Notes: a model not told the origin generated them from the letters alone. Shown: positions 7,740 through 16,432, counted from the first letter of the stretch. The stretch: DNA of 32,000 nt from Bifidobacterium longum subsp. longum JCM 1217 (GCF_000196555.1 NC_015067.1:360001-392000), one strand, 5' to 3'. Translations and numbers: made by a program.

Positions 7740-8720
7740 ATGCCTGAATACAGCGAAGAAATCCTCGATTCCAACAGCATCAGCTCTACCGATAAAGCCG
7801 GTCGCCCTATTCCGGTGACCATCCCCATCGCACTGGCCCCCGGCATCAAGGTGGTGTACACCACGCGACTGGGCGGCCTGAGCACCGGCGATTACGGCAA
7901 CCTGAACCTCGGCGGCAAGTCCGGCGACGAACCTGAGGCCGTGCTGTCGAACCGCATCGCACTCGCCGAAGCGGTGCAAGCCCGCCTATCGCTGGTCTCC
8001 CAAGTACATTCCGGCGTGGCTGTGGACGTGGACGACTCGTTCGTCATCAACACCCCCTTCGGCTTCGACGTGTCCGGCACACATGGTGAGACTGACACTC
8101 CGCACGTCATCGAGGCGGACGGCCAGGTCACCGCACAATCCGGCATCGCCCTAGGCATGTTCGCGGCCGACTGTCTGCCGGTGCTGCTGGGCGACCCGGT
8201 CACCGGTATCATCGGTGCGGCCCACTGCGGCCGTCGTGGTCTGGAACGCGGCGTGATCGGCGCCACGGTGGACCTGATGAAGAGCAAGGGTGCCGACCCG
8301 GCGAACATCGTGGCCACACTCGGCCCGCGCATCTGCGGCGACTGCTATGAAGTGGGCGACGAGATCGCCGACCAGTTCATCAAGCGCTTCCCGCTGACCA
8401 AGACGAAGACCCGTTTCGGCGGTGCCGGCATCGACATCGCCGAAGCCGCGATGATCGACCTCGCCTTCGCCGGTGTACATCAGGTGGTCGATTCGATGCC
8501 GCGCGTGCACGCCGCCACCCAGTACCTTGAGGAAGACCCGGAACTCGCCGAACTGTGCCGTACGGACGGCGAAGGCCCGGCCGAGCTCGCGGAGCGCATC
8601 GACAACATCAGCCACAGCATGTGCACGCTCGAAAACCCACTGTGGTACTCGCACCGCCGCGCCGCGCTCGCCAACAAAACACACGAAGGCCGCCTCCTCG
8701 CCCTCATCGTGCGTGACTAA
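7740..8720 (+). CDS. pgeF: PgeF/YfiH family (DUF152, purine nucleoside phosphorylase / peptidoglycan editing factor)
   Basis: Family motifs FAADCLPVLL, GAAHCGRRGL, GPRICGDCYEVG and C-terminal CTL...WYSHRR. Confidence 0.85.
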   Translation: MPEYSEEILDSNSISSTDKAGRPIPVTIPIALAPGIKVVYTTRLGGLSTGDYGNLNLGGKSGDEPEAVLSNRIALAEAVQARLSLVSQVHSGVAVDVDDSFVINTPFGFDVSGTHGETDTPHVIEADGQVTAQSGIALGMFAADCLPVLLGDPVTGIIGAAHCGRRGLERGVIGATVDLMKSKGADPANIVATLGPRICGDCYEVGDEIADQFIKRFPLTKTKTRFGGAGIDIAEAAMIDLAFAGVHQVVDSMPRVHAATQYLEEDPELAELCRTDGEGPAELAERIDNISHSMCTLENPLWYSHRRAALANKTHEGRLLALIVRD

Positions 8721-8799
8721 ACGGAGAATGCGAGCACATTCCGTGGAGAAGATGTGATGCAGTTCACGGACGGCCAGCCCTCACCTTACGGTGGTGCCT

Positions 8800-9675
8800 A
8801 TGACTGAGAGAGATTTCGATACCCCCGTCGAGACGCCTACCGTCCAACCGGCCCCCGCTCAGGGTGCCAAACCGGCGCAAACCGTGCCGGTGGTGGCCGT
8901 GGTGCTGGCCGCCGGCTTCGGTACGCGCTTCGACCCCGATAATCCCAAGCAGCTTGTCTCCGTGGGCGGCAAGCCCATCGTGTGCTGGAGCATTGATGCC
9001 TTTGAACATTGCGATCGCGTCAGCGACATCGTGGTGGTGGTCAATCCCAAGGTGCGCGGTGAAGTGGAAACGTTGGTTGGCGAGATGGGCTACACCAAAG
9101 TCCGCGTCATCATTGACGGCGGTGACGAACGTGTGGACAGTACCGCCGCCGCGCTCGACATGCTGGCTACGGCTGGCATTCCGGACGATGCCAAGATTCT
9201 GATCCATGACGCCGTCCGTCCGTTCGTGGAACAGTCCGCCATCGACGGTTCGATTGATGCGCTCGACCAGTTCACGGCCGCGACCGTGGCCTACGCCTCA
9301 ACCGACACCGTGCTGTTGACCGAGGATCTGGGCGATTTGAAAGTGGTCAAGTCGGTGCCGGACCGCCCGAACACCTTCCGCGCGCAGACCCCGCAATCCT
9401 TCCGCTTCGCGACGATTCGTCACGCTTACGATTTGGCTGCCGCCGACCCGGACTTCCATCCCACCGACGACACGCGCGTAGTGGTCGATTATCTGCCTGA
9501 TGAACCCGTCGCCATTGTCTCCGGTGCGGAAACCAACCTGAAGATCACCACGCTGGAAGATATTCCCACAGCTGAGCGTATCGCCGAGGAGATTCTCGGT
9601 CGTGATCCCAAGGAAGAGGCCCGCGCCCGCATGCACGCCCTGCTGGCCCAAGCGGCCGGCCAGATGCATCGCTAG
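8800..9675 (+). CDS. ispD: IspD-family cytidylyltransferase (probable 2-C-methyl-D-erythritol 4-phosphate cytidylyltransferase)
   Basis: VAVVLAAGFGTRF nucleotide-binding loop, PKQL, ILIHDAVRPFV. Alternative GTG starts at 8791 and 8794. Confidence 0.78.
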   Translation: MTERDFDTPVETPTVQPAPAQGAKPAQTVPVVAVVLAAGFGTRFDPDNPKQLVSVGGKPIVCWSIDAFEHCDRVSDIVVVVNPKVRGEVETLVGEMGYTKVRVIIDGGDERVDSTAAALDMLATAGIPDDAKILIHDAVRPFVEQSAIDGSIDALDQFTAATVAYASTDTVLLTEDLGDLKVVKSVPDRPNTFRAQTPQSFRFATIRHAYDLAAADPDFHPTDDTRVVVDYLPDEPVAIVSGAETNLKITTLEDIPTAERIAEEILGRDPKEEARARMHALLAQAAGQMHR

Positions 9676-9684
9676 ACTGGCATT

Positions 9685-10362
9685 ATGCGTGAACTCAATG
9701 TTGTGATCTCCGGCTTCGACCACTATGACGGCGTGGAGGTCAATCCCGCCGTCGAAGTGCCCAAGGCCATCGCCGAGCAGGGACTGGGCGTCTCCTCTGC
9801 TCCGGACGATCCGTTGGAGCAGGTCGCCGTCACCGTTCATGCTGTCAGCATCCCGGTGAGCTTCGCCAAAGCCTGGCCCACGCTGAAAGAGACGATTGAG
9901 GCCACCAAGCCCAATATCGTCATCGCCACCGGGCTCAAGCACGCAGCCCGAGGCGTGATGCTTGAACGATGCGCCACCAACCTGATGGACGCGATCAAGC
10001 CAGACGCGGACAACGTGATCCCACGCCGCGAACCCATCGATCCCAATGGCCCGGCCGCCTATTGGACCCGCCTGCCGTTGCGCTCGATCCTGAATGATTT
10101 CACGGACGATTCGATTCCGGCCACCTTGAGTTCGGACGCAGGTACGTTCGTATGTAATTCGCTGTTCTACAACTTGCTCAACTGGACCGCCACCCAGGAG
10201 CAGGTGCTGGGCGGATTCGTCAGCTTCCCTCCGGTCGTTCCGGCGCATTCCAGCCAGCATGGTCTACCACTCGACCAGCAGATCGCCGCTGGCCGTGATG
10301 TGGTGCGCGAAGCCGTGCGCTACTATCTCAAGCCCTCCAGCTCCGACATCCTCATCGCCTAG
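9685..10362 (+). CDS. pcp: Pyroglutamyl-peptidase I (peptidase C15)
   Basis: VISGFDHY..., the catalytic Glu context LERCATN, and the catalytic Cys context DAGTFVCNSLFY. Confidence 0.9.
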   Translation: MRELNVVISGFDHYDGVEVNPAVEVPKAIAEQGLGVSSAPDDPLEQVAVTVHAVSIPVSFAKAWPTLKETIEATKPNIVIATGLKHAARGVMLERCATNLMDAIKPDADNVIPRREPIDPNGPAAYWTRLPLRSILNDFTDDSIPATLSSDAGTFVCNSLFYNLLNWTATQEQVLGGFVSFPPVVPAHSSQHGLPLDQQIAAGRDVVREAVRYYLKPSSSDILIA

Positions 10363-10509
10363 CACGCTGTGCGCCACGCCGGAATAGAACATGGTTCGCA
10401 CGCATTGTAACGATTGCGCGTCGCTCAACGCTCAGCGCTAGTGCGATGCGCTACAGTGCTTCAAGGATGTGCCAAGAGCTTTATGCGTGTGCGAAAGGAA
10501 TAAACAGCG

Positions 10510-12087
10510 ATGGTGGATCGTTTCCCGGTGGTGCTGCGAGGATATGACAAGGAGAAGGTTGATGCTGCCTTCGACGCTACTCAGGAGAGTATGAAGCGTG
10601 CGCAGCAGACGTTGGCCAGCATGCGTGAGCAGATTGCGGCGGATGACGACCGTATTCTGCAACTGCAGGCCCAACTTCAGGAAGAGAAGAACAAGAAGCC
10701 GGAAGGCAACAGCTTCGCTTCCTTGGGAGCGAACGCCCAGCAGATGCTTGCCTCCGCCGAACAGACGAGTACCGAACTGCTGGAACGCGCCAAGCAGGAC
10801 GCGTCCTCCATCCGTACCACGGCTCAGGCTCAGGCCGAAACACTGATCAACAACGCCAAGCTGGATGCCCAGCATATTGTTGACGACGCCAATGCCAAGG
10901 CCGCCTCGATTCTGACGAACGCCAGCAATCAAGCCGAATCAGTGACCACCTCCGCCAACGAGGATGCCGCACAACTGCGCTCCGAAACTGCCAAGACCAT
11001 CACCGAACAGCGTCAGACCGTCGAGCTTGAGCTCAGCAACGCGCGCGAAGAGCACACTAAGAAGATGGCTTCCGAACGCTCCACTCAAGAGCGCGAAATC
11101 GCCGACATGAAGGCGGAGGCGACCCAGCAGGTTGCCGCAATGCGCAAAAGCGCCAATGAGGAGATCACCAAGCTTAAGTCTGATTCCAACGATCAGATTG
11201 AGGCGGCGCTCGCCGAGGCCAACAAGAAGCTCGCCGACGTGCGCGAGCAAGTGTCCAAGATGATGACCGAAGCCCAGCGCAAGGCCAGCGAAATCATTGA
11301 TGCGGCCAAAACCAAGGGTCAGGAAATCACTGATGAGGCCGAGGTCAAGCGCACCAGCACGATGAGCCAGGTCAACGCCGAGGTCGAGCAGATCCGTCAC
11401 GACATCGCCGCTCAGCAGGATGAGGCCACGAAGAAGGTCAACGAACTGCTGCAGCACCTCGAAGAGCGTCGTGTGGCGGCCAAGCGGGAAGCCGATGAGT
11501 TGGTCGGTCAGGCCAAGAACACTCGCGACCAAGCCGATTCGTATGCCGCGTCCAAGCGCGAGGAGGCGGACATCCAGGCCGCCGCAATCGTACATAAGGC
11601 GGGCGAGGAAGCCGATGCGCAGATCGAGGAGCGTCGCGCCGCCGCCCAAAGCGAGCTTGACGGTCTGTCCAAGCGCATCGCCGATCTGCAGGAACGCGAG
11701 TCCGTCATCACCCAGCGTGTTTCGGAACTGCGTTCTATGTTCTCGCAGGCGTTCTCCGGATTCGCTTTCGGCGGTAATGCGGCGGCCTCTGGTCAGGATC
11801 AGGAAGCCGCTGCCGCGGCGGCATTGCCGGTGGTTGCGCCCGTCCCGGAAGTCAAGCCTGTACACAACGAGGCCGATGACCAGCCGGGTGAGTTGAGCGG
11901 AAACGAGTCGGCTGCCGACGATTACAATGAGACAGATGCGGCACCGGCTGATTCGGCTGATTCGGCTGATTCGGCTGCGCAGAATGAGCAGTCCGAATCG
12001 TCTGAGCCGTCCGAGCACCAGACACAGGGCGAACCGGAGGCCCCGACTCAGGAGAATCCGGCCGTATCTGAGCAGAACGGCGAATGA
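10510..12087 (+). CDS. DivIVA-domain protein with about 400 aa of coiled coil and an acidic low-complexity tail
   Basis: N-terminal FPVVLRGYDKEKVDAAF matches the DivIVA N-domain motif. The rest is Ala/Glu/Gln/Lys-rich heptad-like sequence. The tail is ...ADSADSADSAAQNEQSESSEPSEHQ.... Confidence 0.75.
   Translation: MVDRFPVVLRGYDKEKVDAAFDATQESMKRAQQTLASMREQIAADDDRILQLQAQLQEEKNKKPEGNSFASLGANAQQMLASAEQTSTELLERAKQDASSIRTTAQAQAETLINNAKLDAQHIVDDANAKAASILTNASNQAESVTTSANEDAAQLRSETAKTITEQRQTVELELSNAREEHTKKMASERSTQEREIADMKAEATQQVAAMRKSANEEITKLKSDSNDQIEAALAEANKKLADVREQVSKMMTEAQRKASEIIDAAKTKGQEITDEAEVKRTSTMSQVNAEVEQIRHDIAAQQDEATKKVNELLQHLEERRVAAKREADELVGQAKNTRDQADSYAASKREEADIQAAAIVHKAGEEADAQIEERRAAAQSELDGLSKRIADLQERESVITQRVSELRSMFSQAFSGFAFGGNAAASGQDQEAAAAAALPVVAPVPEVKPVHNEADDQPGELSGNESAADDYNETDAAPADSADSADSAAQNEQSESSEPSEHQTQGEPEAPTQENPAVSEQNGE
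11947..11977 (+). repeat. 9-bp in-frame microsatellite (gctgattcg x3 plus a partial unit) encoding ADSADSADSA
   Basis: 11947..11955, 11956..11964 and 11965..11973 are identical. Confidence 0.9.
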
Positions 12088-12121
12088 CAGGCCTTCGATT
12101 AGACTACTAGCGGTAAGAATT

Positions 12122-12160
12122 ACGGCACCTGCGCTTTCGAGCCAGGTGCCGTATTCGTTT
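12122..12160 (+). terminator. Rho-independent terminator after the DivIVA-domain gene
   Basis: acggcacctg (12122..12131) pairs with caggtgccgt (12143..12152), then attcgttt. Confidence 0.7.
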
Positions 12161-12201
12161 GAATCTGCGCCACAAGCGCACCATCACAGAAGGAGTATGA
12201 C

Positions 12202-13545
12202 ATGAGTGAATTGACGCCTCTGACCGACGAAGCGTTGAATACCCTGCGCGGCGATTTCGCACAGAGCGGCACCAACCGTCTGGCCATGAACGCGGTGACC
12301 GCCGCCGGCATCGACAAGGTGGCTCGCAATTATGACCGCGCTCGTCTGATGCAGCGTCGTTTCTCCACCATCGTTGACAATGGCGAAGCCACCCATCAGG
12401 ATCGCTCCGGCCGCTGCTGGCTGTTCAGCTCCCTGAACGTGGCCCGTTTCGTGGCCAAGAAGAACATGAACTTGAAGGAGTTCGAGTTCTCCCAGAACTA
12501 CGCGATGTACTACGACAAGCTGGAGCGCGTCAACTACTTCCTTAAGGATGTGGCCGCTCTGGTGGCTGCCGGAGAGCCTTCCGACTCCCGCCTGATGCAG
12601 CACCTGCTCGCCGACGTGATGGGCGATGGCGGCCAGTGGACCATGGCCATGAACGTGTACAAGAAGTACGGCGCTGTGCCCAAGGACCTGTTCCCGGAGA
12701 CCGAATCCTCCAAGAACACCGGTGAAATGAACATCCAGCTGCGCCACATGCTGCACACCGCCGTGGCGCACATGTACGCCGCTGACGGCGATGCCTCCAA
12801 GGTCGAGGCGATTATTGCCGACGCCACTGCTGCCGGCCACCGTATTCTGACCATCCACCTGGGCGAGCCGCCGGTTTCCTTTGACTGGGAATGGACCGAC
12901 AAGGATGGCGAATTCCACCGCGACGGCGAGATTACGCCGGTTGAGTTCTGGAAGAAGTACGTGGGTCCGGCTGATCTTGAGGACTACGTGTGCCTGGTGG
13001 ACGATCCGCGCACCGAGCACGCCAAGGGCAAGAAGATCGGCATCGAGCACCTCGGCAATGTGGCTGGCGGCGACGCCACCGAGTACCTCAACGTGCCAAA
13101 CCAGTTCATGAAGGACTGCGTCAAGCAGATTCTCGTTGAGCAGGGCATTCCGGTATGGTTCGGTGCCGACTGCCACCCGTTCATGGACCGTGAGAACGGC
13201 GCTTGGGCCACCGACCTGTTCGAGTACGGCCGCGTGTACGACGTGGACTTCGATTTGGACAAGGAAGCCCGCGTGCGCTTCGGCGACTCCGCCATGAACC
13301 ACGCCATGGCTTTCGCCGGCGTTGACGTGGCCGACGACGGCACCACCCGCCGCTGGCGCGTGGAGAACTCTTGGGGCGCCAAGATCGCCGACAAGGGCTA
13401 CTTCACCATGTCCGACGACTGGTTCACCGAATACGTCTACGAGGTAGCCGTCCCGAAGGCCCTGTTGCCCGAGGAATACCAGAAGGCCCTCGAAGAGCCA
13501 GCCACCATGCTCCCCGCATGGGATCCGATGGGCGCTTTGGCCTGA
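12202..13545 (+). CDS. pepC: Aminopeptidase C (bleomycin hydrolase family, peptidase C1B)
   Basis: Active-site Cys context QDRSGRCWLFSSLN, His context NHAMAFAGV, RVENSWG. GAAGGAG RBS. Confidence 0.92.
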   Translation: MSELTPLTDEALNTLRGDFAQSGTNRLAMNAVTAAGIDKVARNYDRARLMQRRFSTIVDNGEATHQDRSGRCWLFSSLNVARFVAKKNMNLKEFEFSQNYAMYYDKLERVNYFLKDVAALVAAGEPSDSRLMQHLLADVMGDGGQWTMAMNVYKKYGAVPKDLFPETESSKNTGEMNIQLRHMLHTAVAHMYAADGDASKVEAIIADATAAGHRILTIHLGEPPVSFDWEWTDKDGEFHRDGEITPVEFWKKYVGPADLEDYVCLVDDPRTEHAKGKKIGIEHLGNVAGGDATEYLNVPNQFMKDCVKQILVEQGIPVWFGADCHPFMDRENGAWATDLFEYGRVYDVDFDLDKEARVRFGDSAMNHAMAFAGVDVADDGTTRRWRVENSWGAKIADKGYFTMSDDWFTEYVYEVAVPKALLPEEYQKALEEPATMLPAWDPMGALA

Positions 13546-13579
13546 CTTCGTCAGCCTCCCGGAATCGGCCTGACGGCCA

Positions 13580-13689
13580 ATGCTGTGTTTTCTCGCAGCC
13601 TGTCGGCTGCTAGGGTCTCTCCCTCTGTCAGCGCGAAGCCGCTGACAGAGGGAGAGACCGCGGTCGCAGGCCGCACAACAACACAGCAT
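13580..13689. repeat. 110-bp imperfect palindrome with a perfect 20-bp core stem
   Basis: Core: ggtctctccctctgtcagcg (13614..13633), loop cgaagc, cgctgacagagggagagacc (13640..13659). Outer arms: atgctgtgtt (13580..13589) pairs with aacacagcat (13680..13689). The intermediate arms are partly complementary (gcagcctg vs caggccgc). Confidence 0.8.
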
Positions 13690-13822
13690 CGCCGCAGGCG
13701 AGTCCACCCAAAGTCCATAACTGCCGGCCCAACAAGCAGTCCCCGTAACAAACTGCTATAGTTGGGCTTTTGCGTCTATGGCGACATACCGACAGTACGT
13801 ATACAAGGAAAGGAGTCGAGCA

Positions 13823-14956
13823 ATGGCAGCACTACGTGGTCCGGATAGTTCCGAGGATGAACGTCGTTTGGGGGAGCAGGCCGTCTTTCCTGAGACCGTC
13901 GATGTCAACATTCGTCAGCTTGACCCCATTCCCGCGCCGCGTGCTTTCCTCAGGGAGCAGCCGCTCACCGATGAGATGAGCGAGCTCGTGCTCCACTCGC
14001 GGCAGGAAATCCGCGATGTGCTCAACGGCCGCGACGACCGACTGCTCGTCATCGTGGGCCCCTGCTCAATCCACGACCCGAAGGCCGCGCACGAGTACGC
14101 AGAAAAGCTGGCTGCCGTCAAGCGCGAGTTGGAAGACCGACTCGTGATCGTGATGCGCGTGTACTTCGAGAAGCCGCGCACCACCATCGGCTGGAAAGGC
14201 CTCATCAACGACCCCGATCTGGACGGTCGCTTCAATATTCGTAAGGGCATGTGGCTGGCCCGCAAGGTGCTCACCGACGTGCTGAGCCTCGGCCTGCCCG
14301 CCGCCACCGAATGGCTTGACCCCATCACCCCGCAGTACATCTGCGACGCGATCAGCTGGGGTGCCATCGGCGCGCGTAACACCGAATCCCAAGTCCACCG
14401 CGAACTGGCCAGTGGCCTGTCCATGCCGGTGGGCTTCAAGAACTCCACCGACGGCTCCATCAAGGCCGCCGCCGATTCCTGTTTCGCGGCCGGCTTCGAG
14501 CATCACTTCCTGTCCATTAACTTGGACGGTCGCGTGATTTCCGCCGAAACCAAAGGCAACCCGGATTGCCATCTGGTTCTGCGCGGCTCCAGCCACGGCC
14601 CGAACTACGATGCCGAATCCGTGCGTCAAGCTCTGGAAGACCTCAAGGTTTCCAAAGCGTCCGGCCCGAGCCAGCATGGCCTCGTCATCGATGCCGCCCA
14701 CGGCAACTGCGGCAAAGACGAAAACCGCGAAGCCGAAGTCATCGAAGAGATCGCTGAGCGCCTGGCGCACGGCGAACAAGGCATCACCGGCGTAATGATG
14801 GAAAGCTTCTTGGTCGGCGGTCACCAAAAGCCGGCCCCGCTCGACCAGTTGGTCTACGGTCAGTCCGTCACCGACTCTTGCGTGCCGTGGGAACGCACCA
14901 ACGAACTGCTGCACACCCTAGCCGACGCCGTCACCGCTCGCCGCTCGGCTAAATAG
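13823..14956 (+). CDS. aroG: 3-deoxy-7-phosphoheptulonate (DAHP) synthase, class I (AroG/F/H type), copy 1
   Basis: LLVIVGPCSIHDP, RVYFEKPRTTIGWKGLINDP, IDAAHGNCGKD. I chose ATG 13823, which is preceded by AAGGAAAGGAG, over the track start 13778. Confidence 0.92.
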   Translation: MAALRGPDSSEDERRLGEQAVFPETVDVNIRQLDPIPAPRAFLREQPLTDEMSELVLHSRQEIRDVLNGRDDRLLVIVGPCSIHDPKAAHEYAEKLAAVKRELEDRLVIVMRVYFEKPRTTIGWKGLINDPDLDGRFNIRKGMWLARKVLTDVLSLGLPAATEWLDPITPQYICDAISWGAIGARNTESQVHRELASGLSMPVGFKNSTDGSIKAAADSCFAAGFEHHFLSINLDGRVISAETKGNPDCHLVLRGSSHGPNYDAESVRQALEDLKVSKASGPSQHGLVIDAAHGNCGKDENREAEVIEEIAERLAHGEQGITGVMMESFLVGGHQKPAPLDQLVYGQSVTDSCVPWERTNELLHTLADAVTARRSAK

Positions 14957-14968
14957 CTTTGTCTTTGT

Positions 14969-15007
14969 AAAAATGCTCACTGAGACCCACTCAGTGAGCA
15001 TTTTTTG
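14969..15007 (+). terminator. Strong rho-independent terminator between the two DAHP synthase genes (A-tract/T-tract flanked, potentially bidirectional)
   Basis: aaaaatgctcactgag, loop accca, ctcagtgagcatttttt. Core stem 14975..14984 pairs with 14990..14999. Confidence 0.8.
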
Positions 15008-15084
15008 CCAATAACGGTGGTCATGTCAGTTTGTTCCCGTGACACCTTATCCTTGGGAAGGATACTGACCCAAGGAGAGATGTT

Positions 15085-16338
15085 ATGCAGCAGCAGGAGG
15101 AAGCAGCACATTCGCTGCATCCGTTGCAAGTCGGTCCGCAGCCGTTGCAAGTCGGTCCGCAGCCGTTGAACACCCCAGAAGAGCTTCGCGCCATTCGTCA
15201 GGCGATGGGGGAGGGGAAGAACCCGCTCGTTGCCACTGATGTGCCGCGTTGGGAAGATCAGGTGGGTGTCAGTCGCATCATCAACCGCCGCGTATTGGAG
15301 TTGGAGCCGCTGCCCACGCCCGCGCAAGTGCTCGCTGAACTCCCGCTGACTGATCAGGCTCAGGAAATCGTCGCCTACTCGCGTGATGAGATTCGCGCGT
15401 GCCTGTACGGCCAAGACGACAGGCTGTTGGTCATCGTCGGCCCCTGTTCGGTTCATGACCCGAAGGCCGCGCTGGACTACGCGCGCCGATTGGCCAAGCT
15501 GAAAGATGAGCTCGGTGAACAGCTGCTCATCGTCATGCGCGTGTACTTCGAGAAGCCGCGCACTACCATTGGCTGGAAGGGCCTGATCAACGACCCGGAT
15601 ATTGATGGCAGCCACAATATTCGCAAGGGCCTGTTGCTTGCTCGCAAAACCTTGCTTGGTGTGCTGAAGGAAGGATTGGCGGCCGCCACGGAATTTCTGG
15701 AGCCCACCAGCCCGCAGTTCATCTCGGACGCGGTGAGTTGGGGCGCCATTGGTGCGCGCAACACGGAAAGCCAGATCCACCGCCAATTGGCCAGCGGGCT
15801 TTCCATGCCGGTCGGCTTTAAGAATGCCACTGACGGCTCGGTGAAGGCAGCGGTCAACGGTTGCTTCGCCGCTGCTCAGCAGCACACGTTCTTCGGCATT
15901 GACCATCTGGGGCGTGCCTGCGCAGTCGAGACCCTTGGCAACCCGGACTGCCATGTGGTGTTGCGCGGCTCGATTCACGGCCCGAACTACGATGCCGAAT
16001 CCGTGGCCAAAGCCATGGAAGACGTACGCGCCGAAATGCCCGCCGAATCCGCAGCCTCGCATGGTCTGATTGTTGATTGCTCGCACGGTAACTCCGGCAA
16101 GGACGAACATCGTCAGGCCGAAGTCGTGCGCAATATTGCCAGCAGAATTGCAGCTGGCGAACAGGGTATTACCGGCATCATGATGGAAAGCTTTATTGAA
16201 GGAGGCAATCAGAAGGCCGCGCCGCTTGATCAGCTGGTCTATGGCAAGTCGATTACTGACAAGTGCATCAGCTGGGAAGAAACCGAGGCCTTGCTGCGCG
16301 AGCTTGCGGAAGCCGTAGCCACACGGCGTTGGCACTGA
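15085..16338 (+). CDS. aroG: DAHP synthase, class I, copy 2, with an N-terminus about 40 aa longer
   Basis: LLVIVGPCSVHDP, RVYFEKPRTTIGWKGLINDP, VDCSHGNSGKD. AAGGAGAG RBS at 15072..15079. Confidence 0.9.
   Translation: MQQQEEAAHSLHPLQVGPQPLQVGPQPLNTPEELRAIRQAMGEGKNPLVATDVPRWEDQVGVSRIINRRVLELEPLPTPAQVLAELPLTDQAQEIVAYSRDEIRACLYGQDDRLLVIVGPCSVHDPKAALDYARRLAKLKDELGEQLLIVMRVYFEKPRTTIGWKGLINDPDIDGSHNIRKGLLLARKTLLGVLKEGLAAATEFLEPTSPQFISDAVSWGAIGARNTESQIHRQLASGLSMPVGFKNATDGSVKAAVNGCFAAAQQHTFFGIDHLGRACAVETLGNPDCHVVLRGSIHGPNYDAESVAKAMEDVRAEMPAESAASHGLIVDCSHGNSGKDEHRQAEVVRNIASRIAAGEQGITGIMMESFIEGGNQKAAPLDQLVYGKSITDKCISWEETEALLRELAEAVATRRWH
15121..15169 (+). repeat. Perfect 21-bp in-frame tandem duplication (ccgttgcaagtcggtccgcag x2 plus a 7-nt partial unit) encoding PLQVGPQ PLQVGPQ PL
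   Basis: 15121..15141 is identical to 15142..15162. ccgttga follows. Confidence 0.95.
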
Positions 16339-16383
16339 GTTGCGTCATCGGCTCTCTCGCGGGAGCAATGCAACGAAACGTCT

Positions 16384-16432
16384 CTACCCCTCAGCCTGCC
16401 ATTCGGCGGCCATCTCCCCTGACAAGGGGAGC
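16384..16432 (+). repeat. GC-rich intergenic hairpin element, copy 1 (ctacccctcag - 19 nt - ctcccctgacaaggggagc)
   Basis: It shares an exact 11-mer and an exact 19-mer, in the same order and near-identical spacing, with the reverse complement of 28171..28218. The 19-mer is itself a hairpin (ctcccc/ggggag). Confidence 0.75.

Noticed and set aside
13690-13703. The 14-mer tcgccgcaggcgag, shared between 13690..13703 and about 19717..19730, as an independent repeat family
   Set aside because: A 14-mer match is only borderline above chance for this window size. It is noted under the palindrome finding rather than called as a feature.
12184-13707. Very long antisense ORFs opposite real genes: 1113..2120 -, 3237..4346 -, 5103..6161 +, 5974..6960 -, 9298..10260 -, 10939..12018 -, 12184..13707 -, 14066..14914 -, 14977..16335 -, 18849..19769 -, 19782..21146 -, 23187..24116 -, 24917..25654 -, 25682..27277 -, 27277..28083 -
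   Set aside because: These are typical high-GC shadow frames. Every one lies antisense to a gene with strong family motifs. Their translations are dominated by Gly/Arg/Ala/His/Val with no motifs, and they lack RBS or terminator context.
13551-13751. 66-aa minus-strand ORF spanning the 110-bp palindrome
   Set aside because: Its sequence (…SPSVSGFALTEGE…) is just the translated palindrome arms. It has no RBS and lies entirely within the structured intergenic element.
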